Shown: positions 34,196 through 48,800, counted from the first letter of the whole stretch. The stretch: DNA of 54,522 nt, filler included, from Catajapyx aquilonaris (GCA_000934665.2; 3 parts of 3 records of this genome joined end to end with filler, not necessarily neighbours in it), one strand, 5' to 3'. The notes: generated by a model not told the origin, from the sequence alone. Made by a program: numbers and translations.

Positions 34196-34526
34196 GGGGA
34201 GGTGTAGATGGCCAAGATGGTAATGTCTCGGCTTGCTGAGTGAAAGGCCCCAGGTTCGATCCCCGCCTGGGGAACTTGCCTTTCACCTGCGTCAGGAGGG
34301 TCTCTGACCTGCACCTTGGAGGTGTCTGGCAACCTAACCTCCTGGGGGACAGCACATGACCCCTTTACCGACATTGCACTTGCACCAATGTTCCCTCCCA
34401 AAAAATCCCTATCCCTACCCTACATCCTTGACTCCATGCACCGGTGAATGAAGATAATAGGAAAAATGGAGTGAAATGGTGGTATTCCACCCCCCTAAAA
34501 AGGCTCAGCCTTATCACGGTGTAACG

Positions 34527-34527
<1 letters not shown>
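34196..34527 (+). mobile_element. tRNA-derived SINE
   Basis: GGGGAGG start as in the 12911 SINE, A box TGGCCAAGATGG, B box GGTTCGATCCC; runs into the (TA)n tract. 3' boundary approximate. Confidence 0.75.

Positions 34528-34594
<67 letters not shown>
34528..34594. repeat. (TA)n microsatellite, about 33 units
   Basis: Read directly. Confidence 0.97.
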
Positions 34595-34597
<3 letters not shown>

Positions 34598-35478
34598 GCA
34601 TTCCACGTCAAGTGGGCCACCTTTCCGACAAATCTTTGAGGACCTTGACCAAAATTTATTGACATGTACTACTCATCGACCTATGAAGGAAGCCAAATTA
34701 TTATACCTCTGCGTTGCGAGGTTGCGTAACTACAGGGTGCGGAATCTACCAATTTATGCGGATTTTTGCTTCACATGCAGTCACTTGGATTACCATAACT
34801 CCAAGAGGATAAGTACAAATCCGAAACTTGATGTGTGCGTTGGATACCTATTTTAACGCTCTATGAGATGGCCATACTAATGATTACGAGAATCAAAAAT
34901 TAAAAGTCAAAATTTGGCGCTCCAATTTTGATTTTGATTTTTCTCAAACTTGGACCATTTTGAGATTTTTTGAATGGCCCCTAAAATGAAGCTGGACATG
35001 TCTGGCCAATATTTCCGAAAACTCTCCGAGGACGAATTTGGTCTTTCACGCACAAGAAGCCGAAACGCAACCCGTGTGCATGCGCTTGGACCAGCCCGCC
35101 CGCCTTTCCGCGTATATCTCTCGTTCCCGCTGTACAGTACAACCATTCATGTTCATTAGTGGCAGTGTACATCTGCAGAATAATTGTTCTGGGCATGTAT
35201 GTAGGCACAGTGCATGATAACCTGCATGAATCTTTATTTTTATCTCGAGGCCAATATGCAGTATATTGGGGGCTCAGTTATGAAATGTGAATGGAATAAT
35301 ATTGTTAAAATTGGAGCACAAATTTCTGACGCGAAATTTTCGATTTCCATAATCAAGTGTGGCCATCTCATAGACTGTTAAATTAGGTATCCAACGCACA
35401 TATCAAGTTTGGGATTTGTACTTATCCTTTTGGAGTTATGGTAATCCAAGTGACTGCATTAGAAGCAAAAATCCGTAC
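34595..35478. mobile_element. Non-autonomous DNA transposon with long inverted repeats, right end truncated
   Basis: About 34760-34900 (TGCAGTCACTTGGATTACCATAACTCCAA..GATGGCCA) is the reverse complement of about 35336-35478. Confidence 0.7.
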
Positions 35479-35495
35479 ACCGGTTGCGTTTCGGC

Positions 35496-35757
35496 TTCTA
35501 GCTTCTGGCTGACGAAACGGCGGATATTTCTGGCAAAGAACAGCTGTCTATTGGATTATGTTTCTTCGATGCAAAGGCCAATGAAATCAAAGAAGAATTT
35601 TTAGGCTTTGTCGAGCTTGAAGGACTTCATGCCATAAGTATTGCCAAAGCCATTGAAGATTTTGTGACAAATTTAAACCTAGACCCTGATAAGTGTGTGG
35701 GATTAGGCTTCGATGGATGTTCCACCATATCTGGGAATGAAGGGGGTGTGCAAAGTG
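35496..35757 (+). mobile_element. hAT (Tip100/ZMYM1-like) transposase fragment
   Basis: F*LLADETADISGKEQLSIGLCFFD..IKEEFLGFVEL..CVGLGFDGCSTISGNEGGVQ, the typical DExxDxSxxEQLS..GxxYDGAxxMSG pattern. Confidence 0.88.
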
Positions 35758-35797
35758 CAAGTGAGATTGAGGCAAAAGTACAGAAAAAGCCTTGCAC

Positions 35798-36180
35798 CAG
35801 GGTGGGCGAAAAGTCCCAGGACACCTGGCTTTTTTTGCCTGCAAAACAAATCTGTGCATGGAAAATGTGTCGGAAATGCTGGTGTAACATCTTCTGGACA
35901 CTGACGGAACTGTTTGATGAGGGGAGACATCTGAGGACCCCCAACAACACCCACAGTAAGTTAACACTGTTAACAGTGCAAGATGGCTGATACGAGCGGG
36001 TTCACTGTGGAGGAGAGACTTGTGGCTACTGTGTGGGTCCACGGGAGGCCTCATATGCGAAAGAACATAACGCACATCATGCAGGATATCAGGGCTCCTT
36101 TTGGTAAGGTGCCACCAAGAAGAAGTAACTTGTTCAAGTGGGAGAAAAAAGCATTAAGCAAGGGAAGTGTGAAAGACGAG
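35798..36180 (+). mobile_element. Tc1/mariner-superfamily element 5' end with DUF4817-like HTH
   Basis: CAGGGTGGGCGAAAAGTCCCAGGACACC terminus and ORF MADTSGFTVEERLVATVWVH..FGKVPPRRSNLFKWEKKALSKGSVKD. Confidence 0.75.
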
Positions 36181-36265
36181 AAGTGTGAAAGGCACTTCCC
36201 TTGCTTAATGCTTTTTTCTCCCACTTGAACAAGTTACTTCTTCTTGGTGGCACCTTACCAAAAGG

Positions 36266-36365
36266 NNNNNNNNNNNNNNNNNNNNNNNNNNNNNNNNNNN
36301 NNNNNNNNNTTAATTAATTAANNNNNNNNNNNNNNNNNNNNNNNNNNNNNNNNNNNNNNNNNNNN
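36266..36365. other. Assembly spacer (44 N + TTAATTAATTAA + 44 N)
   Basis: Read directly. Confidence 0.97.
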
Positions 36366-36826
36366 TTACCTGCAGGGTTTTTGTACAGTTGGGTTGCTGG
36401 GAAATCCGCCGCGATATTTTCAGCCAGAGATATTCAAAACCCACCTTGCTATAGGTAGCTAGGTGAGACTCATATCACTTTATCAGCTAACGATAAGTAC
36501 CTGGAATTTATTATCAATATTGTTGATTCATTATTTATCAAACCATAATATCGTTACATTATTTTAAGGATAATGAACGAGAATAAATTATTTGCCATGT
36601 TTCTAAACCGTGTAACATGCAGAGGCATCTATTGTTTGATAATTGACACTACTATTGTGAAATATTAGGGCCATTCCCTTGTACTGTAAATGACGAACTG
36701 GCGAAAAGTCCTTCCCACCACTAATTCGGTTTTGTACACTAGTGCAATAATAATTCAGGTCAGTGGTGGTACACCATACTCGTAAATTCTGGTCTGGCTG
36801 CCTAGAGAGGAAGACGAATACGGCCA

Positions 36827-36855
36827 GGAGGAGGAGGAGGAGGAGGAGGAGGAGG
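36827..36855 (+). repeat. (AGG)n microsatellite
   Basis: Read directly, about 9 units. Confidence 0.9.
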
Positions 36856-39768
36856 GGTGAAGAAAAGGAGGGGAGGTTTATCCGGCGATAATGAGCGGAG
36901 GGATGGAGTGTTAATTGCGCTGCGAGGCGTCAACCGATTCATGCAGGCTGCAGGTTGCCTTGGGCTGATGGCGAGACAAAGGAGAAATCGAGTGGGATGC
37001 AAAATTCCTCTTGGATGCTGCTGAACCACCCAGAGTTGGAGTGATGATTAAATGGAAGGTGAGGGTGGTTCTAAAATAATAAAAAGGGCCAAGGGTTGGA
37101 CCTTGTGTTGTTCCTTGGATTCTAATGGGGATTGCCTGCAGTGATTTCAAACTGGAGCGGAAGGGCCTTTGGCTTTTATAATGGCAAGGACGTATCTAAG
37201 GCAGAGGTCAGGCCTTTTGTGGAATTAGGCGTTGTCTTTTTTGTGCTACTGGATGCAGAAGTTTGTTTTTGTAGCCAGTTTCTAGCACTGAGGGTGGTCA
37301 GTGACCAATGGTTTTTCTGGTGGAAACAAGGACGGTTATACCTTAACGCCTTAAATGTCTGCAGTACCAATATGCAAAGTGATAAAAACACTAATCGTGT
37401 TTCTCCTGCGACACTTTGGATGTCGTAGAGCAGTGCAGTTACCTACGTTACATGCAGTTTTAAAACGGGAATACCGCCATCCCGACGTTCCGCCCGGAAA
37501 TTTATGGAATAGGTTGCTTTCTGGAGCATGATAATCCGGTAATTCCGTGTTAATGTTGATTCCAGTACTTAGAGATGTTGGAGGCACATCAATCTATGTT
37601 GCCATTAGCAATTCACTAGATGTCTTTCAGCTCGAGTTAACTCGTAAGGCACAATTTCGAGCTCGTAATTAACTCTGAGAATGTCAGGTTCGTGGACCTC
37701 CCTCTTATGTACAGGCTTGACAAATGGGATGAGTCGGATGCAGATATATTTATAAAGTTTTTATGGTGCTCCATTTTGTACTGTACTGACGGTTTTGTTC
37801 TTGGGGCCCTGACAACAGTATACACAACACATAGTACACTGTAAAGCGATAAAGAATGGAGTGGAGGTCTGCATCAGGCCAGTTAGTGCTTCCAAATCGG
37901 AAATTTCTCCCAAGTGCCTCGCTTTCTGGTGTAGCTGGCAACAGAAAATGTTTCCTCCCGGAAAGAGTTACATCTGGGTTCTGGTACAAGACGGGAATTT
38001 GACCGCCAGTTCCTTCGCCCATCTTCCCAAAAAGTTGTCGATGCCTCTGTGCTATCCGTTGCCTTTGCTCTTCCGCCGTGATAAATGACGGGGCCAGAGG
38101 GAAATCTCTTTGGAACAGGGAAGTCAATCTTGGTTTCGCGGCCGTTACTATAGGTTTAGGCCCAGGTCCAATGGAAACTCCCAAGAAGAAGAGGAGTCCC
38201 AAAAAGATAACACCCGTTTCTTTTGCGACTATTCCCGAGCATGCACTCTTGTTGAGGAGGGGGAAAAAAAAGGACGTCGATGGCGAAAAGAATGAGGCCG
38301 AATGACTGTGTCGTCATGGAACATTAATCCAGAGACTGTTGACCCGTCTTTTCATTACCGGGTTATGGACCTGGAATGTGGGGCTGTAGACTTAAGGATT
38401 GCACATTTCAGAGGAGAGGGTAGCTGGAGATTTATGGTCGGCTGGAAAGTCACGTCGAGACAGTCAAGGTCTAATTTTACCCACATGAAATGTGCAGGAA
38501 TCTGCCATTTTTTCCGCCGTTTTTAAGAAAGGATGTCCACACAGTTGTGTCGAAGAATATTGGACTGCTAGGAATTCTCAGAGGGGCCACTGCGGAAGCT
38601 GTTCCTTGGTCTCTTAATGGTACTGGATCCTATTTAAAGCCGGTCCATCCTCATTCCGGGTTTACTTCAAAGTGCACAATGAAAGCCCGCTGGCTTGACA
38701 GAAACGACTCCCCCGTCCTCTGAGATAACCATCATTATTGACGCTTTCGCTTCTTCATGACGCGATTTTTTCCCTCCTCATCCTTCTACCTCGCTTGGAT
38801 GCACTCGCTTGCAACGGAACCTCATCATCAAAGAGTCATTAAAAGCTGCTCAGAGTTGCAAGGCCGGATGGTAGCTGGGGCCAACGAGCTTTTGTGGTGC
38901 CAGCGAGTGACGCTCCAACGGACACTTGTCTCCCAGAGGAACCCTCCCCCGATGGGTGAAGGCAGCCCAGGGTCCAGGGTTGATACCGGTTATGTCTTTC
39001 CTATCGACAACTGCAGCGCACTTGGGAGTCCCATCTAATTAAATGTTTCAAGCTCTGTCCGGGCCAGGGCTGCGTGATGGGACCTGTCTGCTTAAGCCAC
39101 ACGAGGAATTACTGCATCCTAGATGGAGACACCTTATAACTTATGCACCATTTATTGTCACACGAAACTTTGCTAATGCAAATTAAGATAAATAAATGAA
39201 GCGAATCGCAGTCAATGCAATGACCTCGATTTTTTTCCATTGGTGACATTTGGATGTCGCCAGAGGAGACATTCCTTGCGCACCTCCACTCTGGGAGCAA
39301 GGGTATTGACACTGCTGAACTGTATATAGCTCAGCACGTAGGTCAACTAGGATCTCTAATATTCCAGGCTGCATTTTGGAGGTCGACTTGGAGGTGGGAA
39401 ATTATAAGGGAGAATAAGGTGATTTAGAATGCAGATATGGCCATAGCTCATTATGCCGGTGGGCAACGCGAAAGGAGCCTCGATCATTAGCAAGTGGAGA
39501 GGGGAGGGGTTCGAGGTGGAAGATGCTATCTTAGACTATTAGCCATTATCTGCAGTTTCGGGTGAGCAAGGCGGAAACATTGGGTGGGGAAGTGGTAATG
39601 AGTTCAGCCGTACGCGTGATCTGGGATGGAGGTAATGTGGCCGTAACGTGTATTGTGTGCAAGGAAAAGCCTTCGGAAAGAGAGAGTTGGCAGGGCAAAG
39701 TCGTAACCATTCACTAGCTTATTGTAGTGTGGAATCTCTGCAAGCGTAACCATCACGTCCAGTCTGGC

Positions 39769-39809
39769 GTGTGTGTTGTGTTGTGTTGTGTGTGTGTGTG
39801 TTTTTTTTT
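39769..39809 (+). repeat. GT-rich microsatellite plus T run
   Basis: Read directly. Confidence 0.85.
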
Positions 39810-42800
39810 GTTTAGTTCGTGCCAGACTTTTACGTAACTGGTGTGCAGTAGGGTTTATGCACTGTGCAGTATGTGTTTGTAAACTGCCAGCCAGAGAAGT
39901 TAACTTGTTTTGCCGGGACGCAGAGTACTGAACTGTATATAGTCCGTCGGGCTCAGGCTCTAGTTACATCAAGGGTTAACTGATGCCTAGTGGTAGTGTA
40001 CGCCATCATGATGTAATTCGATATGTTCTAATGGAAGTGCGCCAAATGACGGAAGTATGAGAATCGCGTATGGATTCATGACCGCAATGAATAATTTAAA
40101 GGGCTGTCAGCTGCATTGCTTACATTTTCCTTTGAAGCAGGTGCACTCAATGCAAAGTTGCACTGAATAATTTGCTGGTCGTTTACTGTCATTGATGTAA
40201 TCACCACTTTATGCTGGAAAGAAGCAGCGTTCCATCTACTAATTTTAATGTAAAGTTGTTTTTTTTAAAGTGCGGTCTCACGGACCATAGTTCCATCTCC
40301 ATACATTGCCAGCGGAACCCTCTTTTTACTGTTTTCCTGTCCTGAAACGAGGCATTGACATTATATTGCGAAACACACAGGAAAAATTCAGCCACTTCTC
40401 TGAAGTACGGGACTGTTCGAGCCATCCAGACTCAAAAGCCCTCAACTCAGAATCAAGCGTATAGGGTTCTTACTTTGTCGTGTTCAAAAACTATGCTTAG
40501 AAATAATATTAACAAAGTTTCATTTTAGTCTTTTGTCTGCGTAAATACAGGGGGTTCTAATTGAAATATTCGTTGTGTGGTATAGTGGGTACTAAAACTA
40601 TTTTCCGCGAATTATTTCCACTGTTTGACCGTATATGTTTAGGTACGAAAACAGATAAGCAAATGCTTCAAATGATTGCCATTTTTTGTCAGTTTGTATT
40701 TCTTTACTATTGTTGTAACAGATAAGAGGCTAGTGGCGATTTAGACTTTTTTGGAAAGGAGGAAAAAGAAAAGAGCGAAAAGGTCCTAAGCGTTCAAAGC
40801 ATTCCCCCGTATCCATTCCATTCTATTCTGTTCTCCCAATTTTCCATGGTCCTAAGGGCATGTGTTGGAACTGCCTTTTGAGTTGATAAAGAACTTTTTC
40901 CGCCGTTCCTAACCCCCTCCTCCCTTTTGCCTTTACCCCTCCCCCTCCTTCTTCTTCTTTTCTTCTCCGGAGCCCCTTTTGTTTGAAGGAAACAAGAGAA
41001 GACTGGACTCAATATAAAGCAGACGAAATTTGTTGCTGCGCCAAACTATTTTTGCAACATAGACTGCACTATGTGTGCACAGGCCACATGCACTATTTTT
41101 AAAAAGGGCCACCCATTTGTCATTTTATGCTTCACTTATGACAAGTTAATTACGTAGTGCGATGGGCCAACAAATGGTCTTTGTATGTCGGAGACGACTT
41201 TGTGATCCAGTGTGACATTTCGGACACATTATTCTTGGGAGCGTCAGAAGTTATTGCCCCGCTGTAACTGGTGTGTGAACGACACATTGTGATGAACAAG
41301 GTGAGATGACGTCATTAAGATGCAATTTATCACGCCGTAGTAACTGTTTACGACCACATGAATGGGGCCGGAGTACTTTACTTATAGGACATCATATTTT
41401 TAGCGAAATTTCTTTCCGAAAACTGTGACGTCGCTTAATGTTATTCCGGGCCTGTCCTTACACACGCTTCATAAATGCCGTGGAGACGTACAAAAGATGA
41501 CACAATCCGTCGTGCCTGAAAAGATGCTGAGGTAATTAGAAATCTGAATTGAATAGCAATTAACCTAGCTAGGGGAAGGATAAAGAATTACAAGGATCCG
41601 AACTTCTTCCTGATTTACATAGTCAGCGATTTTTCTTCCCCCCCCNCCCCTCCCTCTTACTTTTATCAAGATCCACAGAGAGCCAGACAATTTTCGAACG
41701 TTGGCAGCTTTAAATAGTACAAAAAAAAAGTGTAGAGACGGACTCAGGAGTTTGCTTCCACAAAGTCTGTTTTCTGTTCCGTTAGCTTCATCTCCGAAGC
41801 AAAAATCATTTCATTCGCAGCTGGAAAATCTCGGGCTGCAGTTTCTTTCTCCCATGTTACGTGCCTTGCATGGTAATGGCCGCTTAAAAAGTCCTTTTGG
41901 CAGTGGATAATCAGCGCCGTTTCTCTGGGGAACCTACGGGGCATGTTTCGGTTCTGGCTCATCTTCTCTTGGATAGTGTTAACCATCTCGAATCTTTGAC
42001 TCTTTCTTTCTTTTTGTCTACTGCCAACTCCTTCAGTTCATCCTCTTCTTTTTTTATATTCGCCTTTTGGTACTGCAAGGTCGATGATTTCCTTTCCATT
42101 TCTTCCTTATTGAACCTAGGAGAAAGGAGTTTTTATGGAAAGAAGACGATTTCATCCTCAATGTTAATTGGCTAACTTTAGAAGTTCCCGCTCTTTGTAG
42201 CTGACTTAGTCTATAATTTCTCGAGTCGGTGCACAACTTTTTTTCTGATTTTTTGGGCAGAAAAGTTGGGCCGCGAATTGCAACGAGGGTTTATAAAATG
42301 CGTGCACAACCCCGCGTAAGAGTCATGCGTGCTGTTCCGTGTAAACTGTGTATGGGAAAAAATGGAAATATCACGCAGGAACCGCATTACTAACCCTGCT
42401 AACCTTTAGCACCAATTACGTTATTGAGTTTTATGCTCATAATACCAAAAGATTAGCAGGTGCAGTTTTCATGGGGGGACGAGTTATGTCATCGATGTTG
42501 GATATTCCGCAGCGTAAATTAAGCTGATTATGGAGCGAGTATGTGGCCGAAATTTTGCGCTTGTATTGTGCAGTACCCCCCTTTGGAATCTGCATTGCTT
42601 GCTTGTGAACACATCTGACCTGCGTGTGACCTCCCCCAGGATATTTTGACATCACATCTCACGTCTGGCGGCCATTAGTACCACAAAGATTGCTGTGAAA
42701 TTGCCTTTCTGTTGTGGCAACTGAACGTTGTTTTCATCATCACACCCACATCCGAAAAACCACAGTTTGGGTTTTCCAACCGGCCGCGGGGCTCACTCGA

Positions 42801-45800
42801 ATCGAGAGACCTGGTTTAAAATAAATTTACTCACCTAAATGACACAATAGGGAAATGCAAGCCCCCTCATTACCGAACATTTTGCAGCAAGTCAACTACA
42901 CTAAGAATAACAAAGTGCTGCGGGTTTACACACTGCCAGATAACCTCATTTAGATTACCGGCAGATATCGACCCGGGCACATATTTGTGAACCAGGCTGC
43001 TGTTCCAACCCAGAGAGAGACCGTTTACATTAGCTCCTCCATTAACATGATCGCAGGAAACGCGCACAATTGATAAAGCGATGTACCTGGCTGGGTGGTA
43101 GAGGAATTTCTGTACAGAAGCTTGCAAGTCTTGCACGATGTTACCCCTGGTCCCATCCTCGTTAATCTTGCAGAAAAGTTAATTAACCCACCTCAGCCCT
43201 GCCTTCAAGTGACAGAAAACAAGCAAGTACCTTCAGCATAACCAGGGAGGAGAATGGGGTTCCACACTTAGACGAAAGTTCTAAAGCGGGGCGCCCAGGC
43301 TCCTTAAGCCTCATGACGAAAGGTAATAGAGCCGAGTGAAAGTTTCTTTGTTGCTGACTTCCCGAAAAATTCTGCATGACATTAATGGCGGAAAGTTGAG
43401 GCGGAGTTAGCAATTACGGATGAGTAACTGTAATCGAGTTGAAAGTCGTTTCCTCCAACCCTGAAAAAAAATGGGGATGGACCCCCTTTATAGAAGTGCA
43501 CCTATACAGTAATAGACCTGTAAAAGTCATAGGCTTTCGTGCATGTTCCTGCCGTTTCCTGCGCACGAATCTTTTCTTGGGAGCGCGCACATGTGAGATC
43601 CTAGATTATTCTCTCCGTGTATTAATTATTAAAATTTGCTTTACGATAAGAGCCCGATTACCTCTCTGGACTAACCTGAGCCATATTACGTTCCTCCAGC
43701 TTTTGCAAGGCGGATTTATTTAGCTGCAAGTTTTCAGCTAAACCACCAGACGTGTGCGCAGAACAGAAAACCGGATTGTTCGAGAAGGGATGTTAGGTTA
43801 CGGTTTGCTTGCTTGCTTGCAGTGGTTTTGCAGTTTTCCGCTGCAGACCTTGCTCATATTTGCTTTTCCCAGTGGGTGTCCGAATTCAATTCCGGTCCTC
43901 TGGTTTTGTTGTGGGTTAGTCCATAAGCTGTGACCCAGATTTTAGCTCAATAATTTGTCTTAATTGCAAATATGCCTAGATGTCACAAAAATTGGCAATC
44001 TCCCCCACCCTTAACCCGTTTTTTTTGTATTATCCGGGCCCAGCACTCGCATATTGCATGCTCAATTATTAAACTCCCACCCGTCGAAACACTGTTCTAT
44101 TTGCGGATGCCACCGGGAATTGTTTTCATAATGGTTCGGGAACATTTTCGAATATTTATGAAATTCCCCGCGGTACAGCATCCCAGTGATTTCAGTTCCA
44201 TAGCTGACGCCCCTCCCTCTGAGGATTTAAACTCAGGGCTTGTCTGACCTTTTCCCAACAAAGAATGACGTGGAATTTCCAGATGGTTGGCTCGCCTGTC
44301 GACTGCACTGCAAGAATAAGAGAGGGTCTGACATGCCCTCACACGCATGGTAATCAAATTAAAACCAGGATTCCATATATTCCCGGGTCTTAATTAAAAG
44401 CTGGTTCTTTGGGAATAGGTTTGACACGCTGCGACATTTCGACTTGCGAGAATAATTGTCACATGATTAACTCGCAGTGTCTGGCTATAACTCCTTTTTT
44501 TGAATTATTAGGCGGCCCACCTCCCCCTGATTGATAGTTGTGTGCGCCCGCATCGGCGGCATAATTGACACTAATGTGTCCCAGCTTGCATTATTGCAGA
44601 TTAAACGCAAACAATTGCGTCAATTTTTGATTCAATATCAGGTGGGACTCGGTGTCTCGCTTGGTTCACATGGGTATTGTTGTGATTGGTAGTTCAAGTT
44701 AACGGTGGTCCTTCGTTACTCTGCTGATTCGCTCTAATTTGAGGGGTCATCATGAGACTTGTGCCTACTGTCATGTGGCAGTGCAGCTTTGTGTGTCTCC
44801 GGCTGGGAGGCTGTTGGCGTGAAAGCCGGAAGGTCCATGCATCCTGTACTTTATGGACTCTCATTCGCTTGAGAGCCTCCGGTGGGACGTTTGGCTTCTA
44901 ACGGAGAGAGAGGCGGGGGTCGTCCCCCGGAAAAAAAAAATATACGCAGGAGATGAAAAAAGGGGTGTGCAGGAAGAGGCTGTTTGATGGTCAATTCAGG
45001 AGACCAGAGCCTGCTGCAGCTTTTCACTATGCGCATGCAAGAGTGATGAAAGAGGGACCTGCACACAGAGTACGCCCTCACACTTCGTCTAATTAATTTC
45101 TAGTGCACTTTGCATAGGGCCAGGTGCAGACGTAATTATAGTAGTGGCGCCCATTACCGCGCCTTTTGCGCTGCAGTAATATGCGTCGGTCGTTTATGGA
45201 TTTTAAATATTGACAGACGCTTTGTGCGGACCCAGTAAGTGCCGACAATTTTTTTTTGTGGGTAGAAGTCGGAATATAGGCGAACCGCCTTTTCCTTTCT
45301 GGATGGAAACAGATTCGTCCCGAAACTAATATGAATTGGTTGTCCCAAGTGGACAAATAGCCCTTTGTGTCATTGAAGAGTTATGAATATTTTAACTGGC
45401 GGGGGTATTTGACATTCTCGATTTCCAGGGCATTTTTTGGCGGGCCTAAAGCATGCGATGTGACAATATGGGTGGGAGTCTATTATTGGACAGAAATCGT
45501 TTGTATTGATTCGTTGGGGCTGCCCGCAGGACCTTAAGCTATCCGAAAAATGTGTGTGACGGGATTTCCGAATCCTTGCGAATATTGCCTCAACCTTAAA
45601 TCTTATTGGATCAGATTTAGTGAAATGAAAATTCGCTGTGTTCGTTTGTATTTTTTTTTCTCCAACAAAGTGCTAATGTTGTACTGAGCTTGTGTACCAG
45701 TAGTGTGAAATTGGGTTTTGAAGCAGAAATCCTCGCAGGGGCAATGCATAACTTGCCGCACAATTCATGTTTCACCCCTGGAGTGTGTCCTGGCACGAAA

Positions 45801-48800
45801 ATAACCCGGATTCCGCTTTCTGAATGGAGGAGGTTGTGTAGGCGAGAGAAACGCCCTGGAGAGAACCGTAGGAAGTATCGTGTTGCATTTTCCAGCAGAA
45901 CAGTTTCATCTTTTTCCCCTCAATAATCGGATCCCGAGAGACACGGCATCAGAAAGATTCCCGTTACACTTGAGTGTCGGTGACATTCCTCCAGAGTCGT
46001 GAGCCAGTCATCAACCGGATGCTCCTTTTGGCCCACTCAAAATACTGGGATTTTGGATTCAGGAGAAGCCCTATCTGACTCTGGAAGACGTAAAAGACTC
46101 TTCCTCACTGGAGACATAATGGTGTGCAGAGGACACACTCTCTATAGACACCCCCTCTTTCAACTTGCCAGGATTGGAATCGTTACGTTGCTCCAGTTAA
46201 ATGTAGACTCGGTTTGAAACTGTAGGCCTTGGAAGGAGTGGGTAATTTTACATCCGTCATAAAAGTAAACATCCAGGGATGAAAAGCTGCTCTTCCCCTA
46301 TCCTTTAACGGATGGAGAATGGCAATTTGAAGTCTTGTGTGGAAATTGAATGCTGCTCGAACACGAACCCGTTAACGAAACTGCCTTAACTATGGGGCCC
46401 GTGTCGTATTTTACTCTTCCCAGGACTTATATAGTGCGGGAGAGCCGAATCTGGGCGCTGTTTGAACCACTGGCACCATCTTTGTTAGGAAGGGGCTGGA
46501 TTGATGAAGCTGAACAGAGGTTACATCTAGCCGGCGATAAATCTGTGCTAGAGGGCACAAGTAAGCAGCTCTAGCTGAAATATATGAAGAGAAAAAAAGG
46601 AAGGCCGGGAGTATCTTTTACACCTTCCCAAAGAGCCATTTTCCAGCTTCCCGAAGAAATGCGGATCCGATCATAAAAGCGGAGCGTTCCAAAAGGATTC
46701 CCGGCCTTAAGCCTCCAGAAACCCCCTCAGGTCCTGGCAAAATTAGTCTGCAAGAAGTAACCCTCCCTACCACCCACTTCTTCTTCTTCTGGAGAGAGGT
46801 TGGGGAGTGTCAGAATTCTCAGAGGACTCCCGGTCAATCCACTTCCTTTACCTGGGAGCGTGCAAAAGATGAGCTATCTACACAATGACAGCTGGAGAAC
46901 TGCTGGAGTCCGCCTTTGAAATGCACAAGGTTCGCAGGACACGCTACTTCCTTTTTCCGGATATTCACACTGGGGACGATACAGATCGCAGAGTCCTGTT
47001 CGCAGGCTGTGATGCATGTGCGAGAAAGGCGGATATGCTGGGGTGCGAATAACGCGAAATGGACACAAAAGGACTCATTAGGAATTAATTGTGTGTGACG
47101 CATTTTTTGGGGCTTCGATTTGGGAGACCTTTCTCGGTCCATGGCCTACAGAGATCAGTCAGGAAGTTGGATTGCGTGCAATGACCTTTTCTTTATTAGT
47201 CACACCAGTGAGCTGGCTAAACCTGTAACTGACCTTACTGAGCTAAAATAAGTTGAAATTGTGTCTCAATGAAAAATTTAAAATATGTATAACGGTAAAA
47301 CTGGTATGAGTCGCACTTAAGCTATGCTGACAGAATCTAATGAAAGGCTCTTGACATACGGAAAGAAACGCCCCCTGAGTGTGCAAAATTCCAAGAATGG
47401 GAGGAGCACTGTGCGATTATACTAAGAGATTCATGAAGCATGATCCATGATCAGATTGTGCGATTTCTAAGTGGGATAAATTATTAACAGGCTATATCTC
47501 AGAAATGTACTTATAGTAATATAATATGCAAGAACCGGTAGTGCATTTCGGATTAAAAAAATTAAGCAGTACAGTATATGCTTGCGAGATTTCTAACATT
47601 TATAGACGAACCTTGACTGTTATTCTCTTTTATGCTGTACTGTACGTGAAGGCTGTAATATCTGCAAGGGAACACAATTGCTCAATATTGAAGAACTCGT
47701 GTCTTTTTTAAATATTTATAACCTATACCTCTTACGCAGATATTGTCTGTTAGCAACAAGCATAGTATTTGATTCGAAGGGTGTATGGCGGGTGGACAGT
47801 AAATTTTTGAAAACGTTGCGCAATATTATCCGGAGCATTAGTATCGCAAATTGGACAGTAATTACGACAGCTTTTGGAAAACGTGACGCAGAACAAACCC
47901 CCGAACAACTGTATTCTGGAGTGGCCGCGGGCTGTTGTGCTTGATAGCATTTGAATGTCTAGGGAGAGATTCCCGGCGGCTGCTGGAAGCAAGGGCTAAT
48001 GGGCTCTAGTGCGTCCCTAATAGGCTGGCATCGTGGATGGTTGCGATTTTAATAAGCTCCAATCTCATTGTTGTCAGAGAGAACAGGAATTCCAATTACC
48101 TCCGGATTGGCCCCGGTGTTGCGTTGCAGGGTTTTGGCTCCCGGAAAGCATTGATTAATAAACGACAAAATAAAATAGGGAGCCATGGCTTTCCAACCCG
48201 GGATCGAACCTATTACTACGACTCCGACAGTTGTTGACGTTTGATTTTTAATTATTGCCATGGATTTAAGTAAATTTCGCTTCCAGGGGGCCCGCGCTTT
48301 TTTCGCATTAGTTCGGCTTGTTTGCCATTTGGAAAGTGTAGCTGCTAGTCGATTTTCATGCTGCCTCAGTTGCGGCTCCGGTATTGGCATTTAAAACGAA
48401 TGGCCGGGTTTTAATTAAAAATCTCATTGTCGTAACCGTCATGGATGCTTTTCATCGGGTTGTATCTGTTCCCGATGGTGTTATCATACAAGTGAAGATA
48501 CGCTTGTCAAAATGTGTTTGTTCCCCCGCTTTTTTTTCCGAGAGAGAGAGAGAGCTCTGCTAGGAAACTGACAGTCAAAAGAATAGTACCCTTCATTTCA
48601 TCAACTTTTTTTTATCCTGCCATTCTCTTCCGTCAGGACGTAACTACAACCGGACCAGTCATAAATTCATTTGTTGATATAGCCAGGTATTGTCATCCCC
48701 TGACGTATTGACTAAAAGACGTTATTAAAATTCGGCTTATTTGAAAGCGAACTCTTTTGTTGCTGCTCAGCATGTGAATAAGGAACGTTTGAAGAATCCG

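Noticed and set aside
36097..36265. Perfect 73-bp inverted repeat
   Set aside because: It ends exactly at the gap, typical of a foldback read or contig-end artefact.
37750..38202. 150-aa ORF and other short ORFs in 36.4-54.5 kb
   Set aside because: No recognisable domains or consistent splice structure; lengths fit chance.
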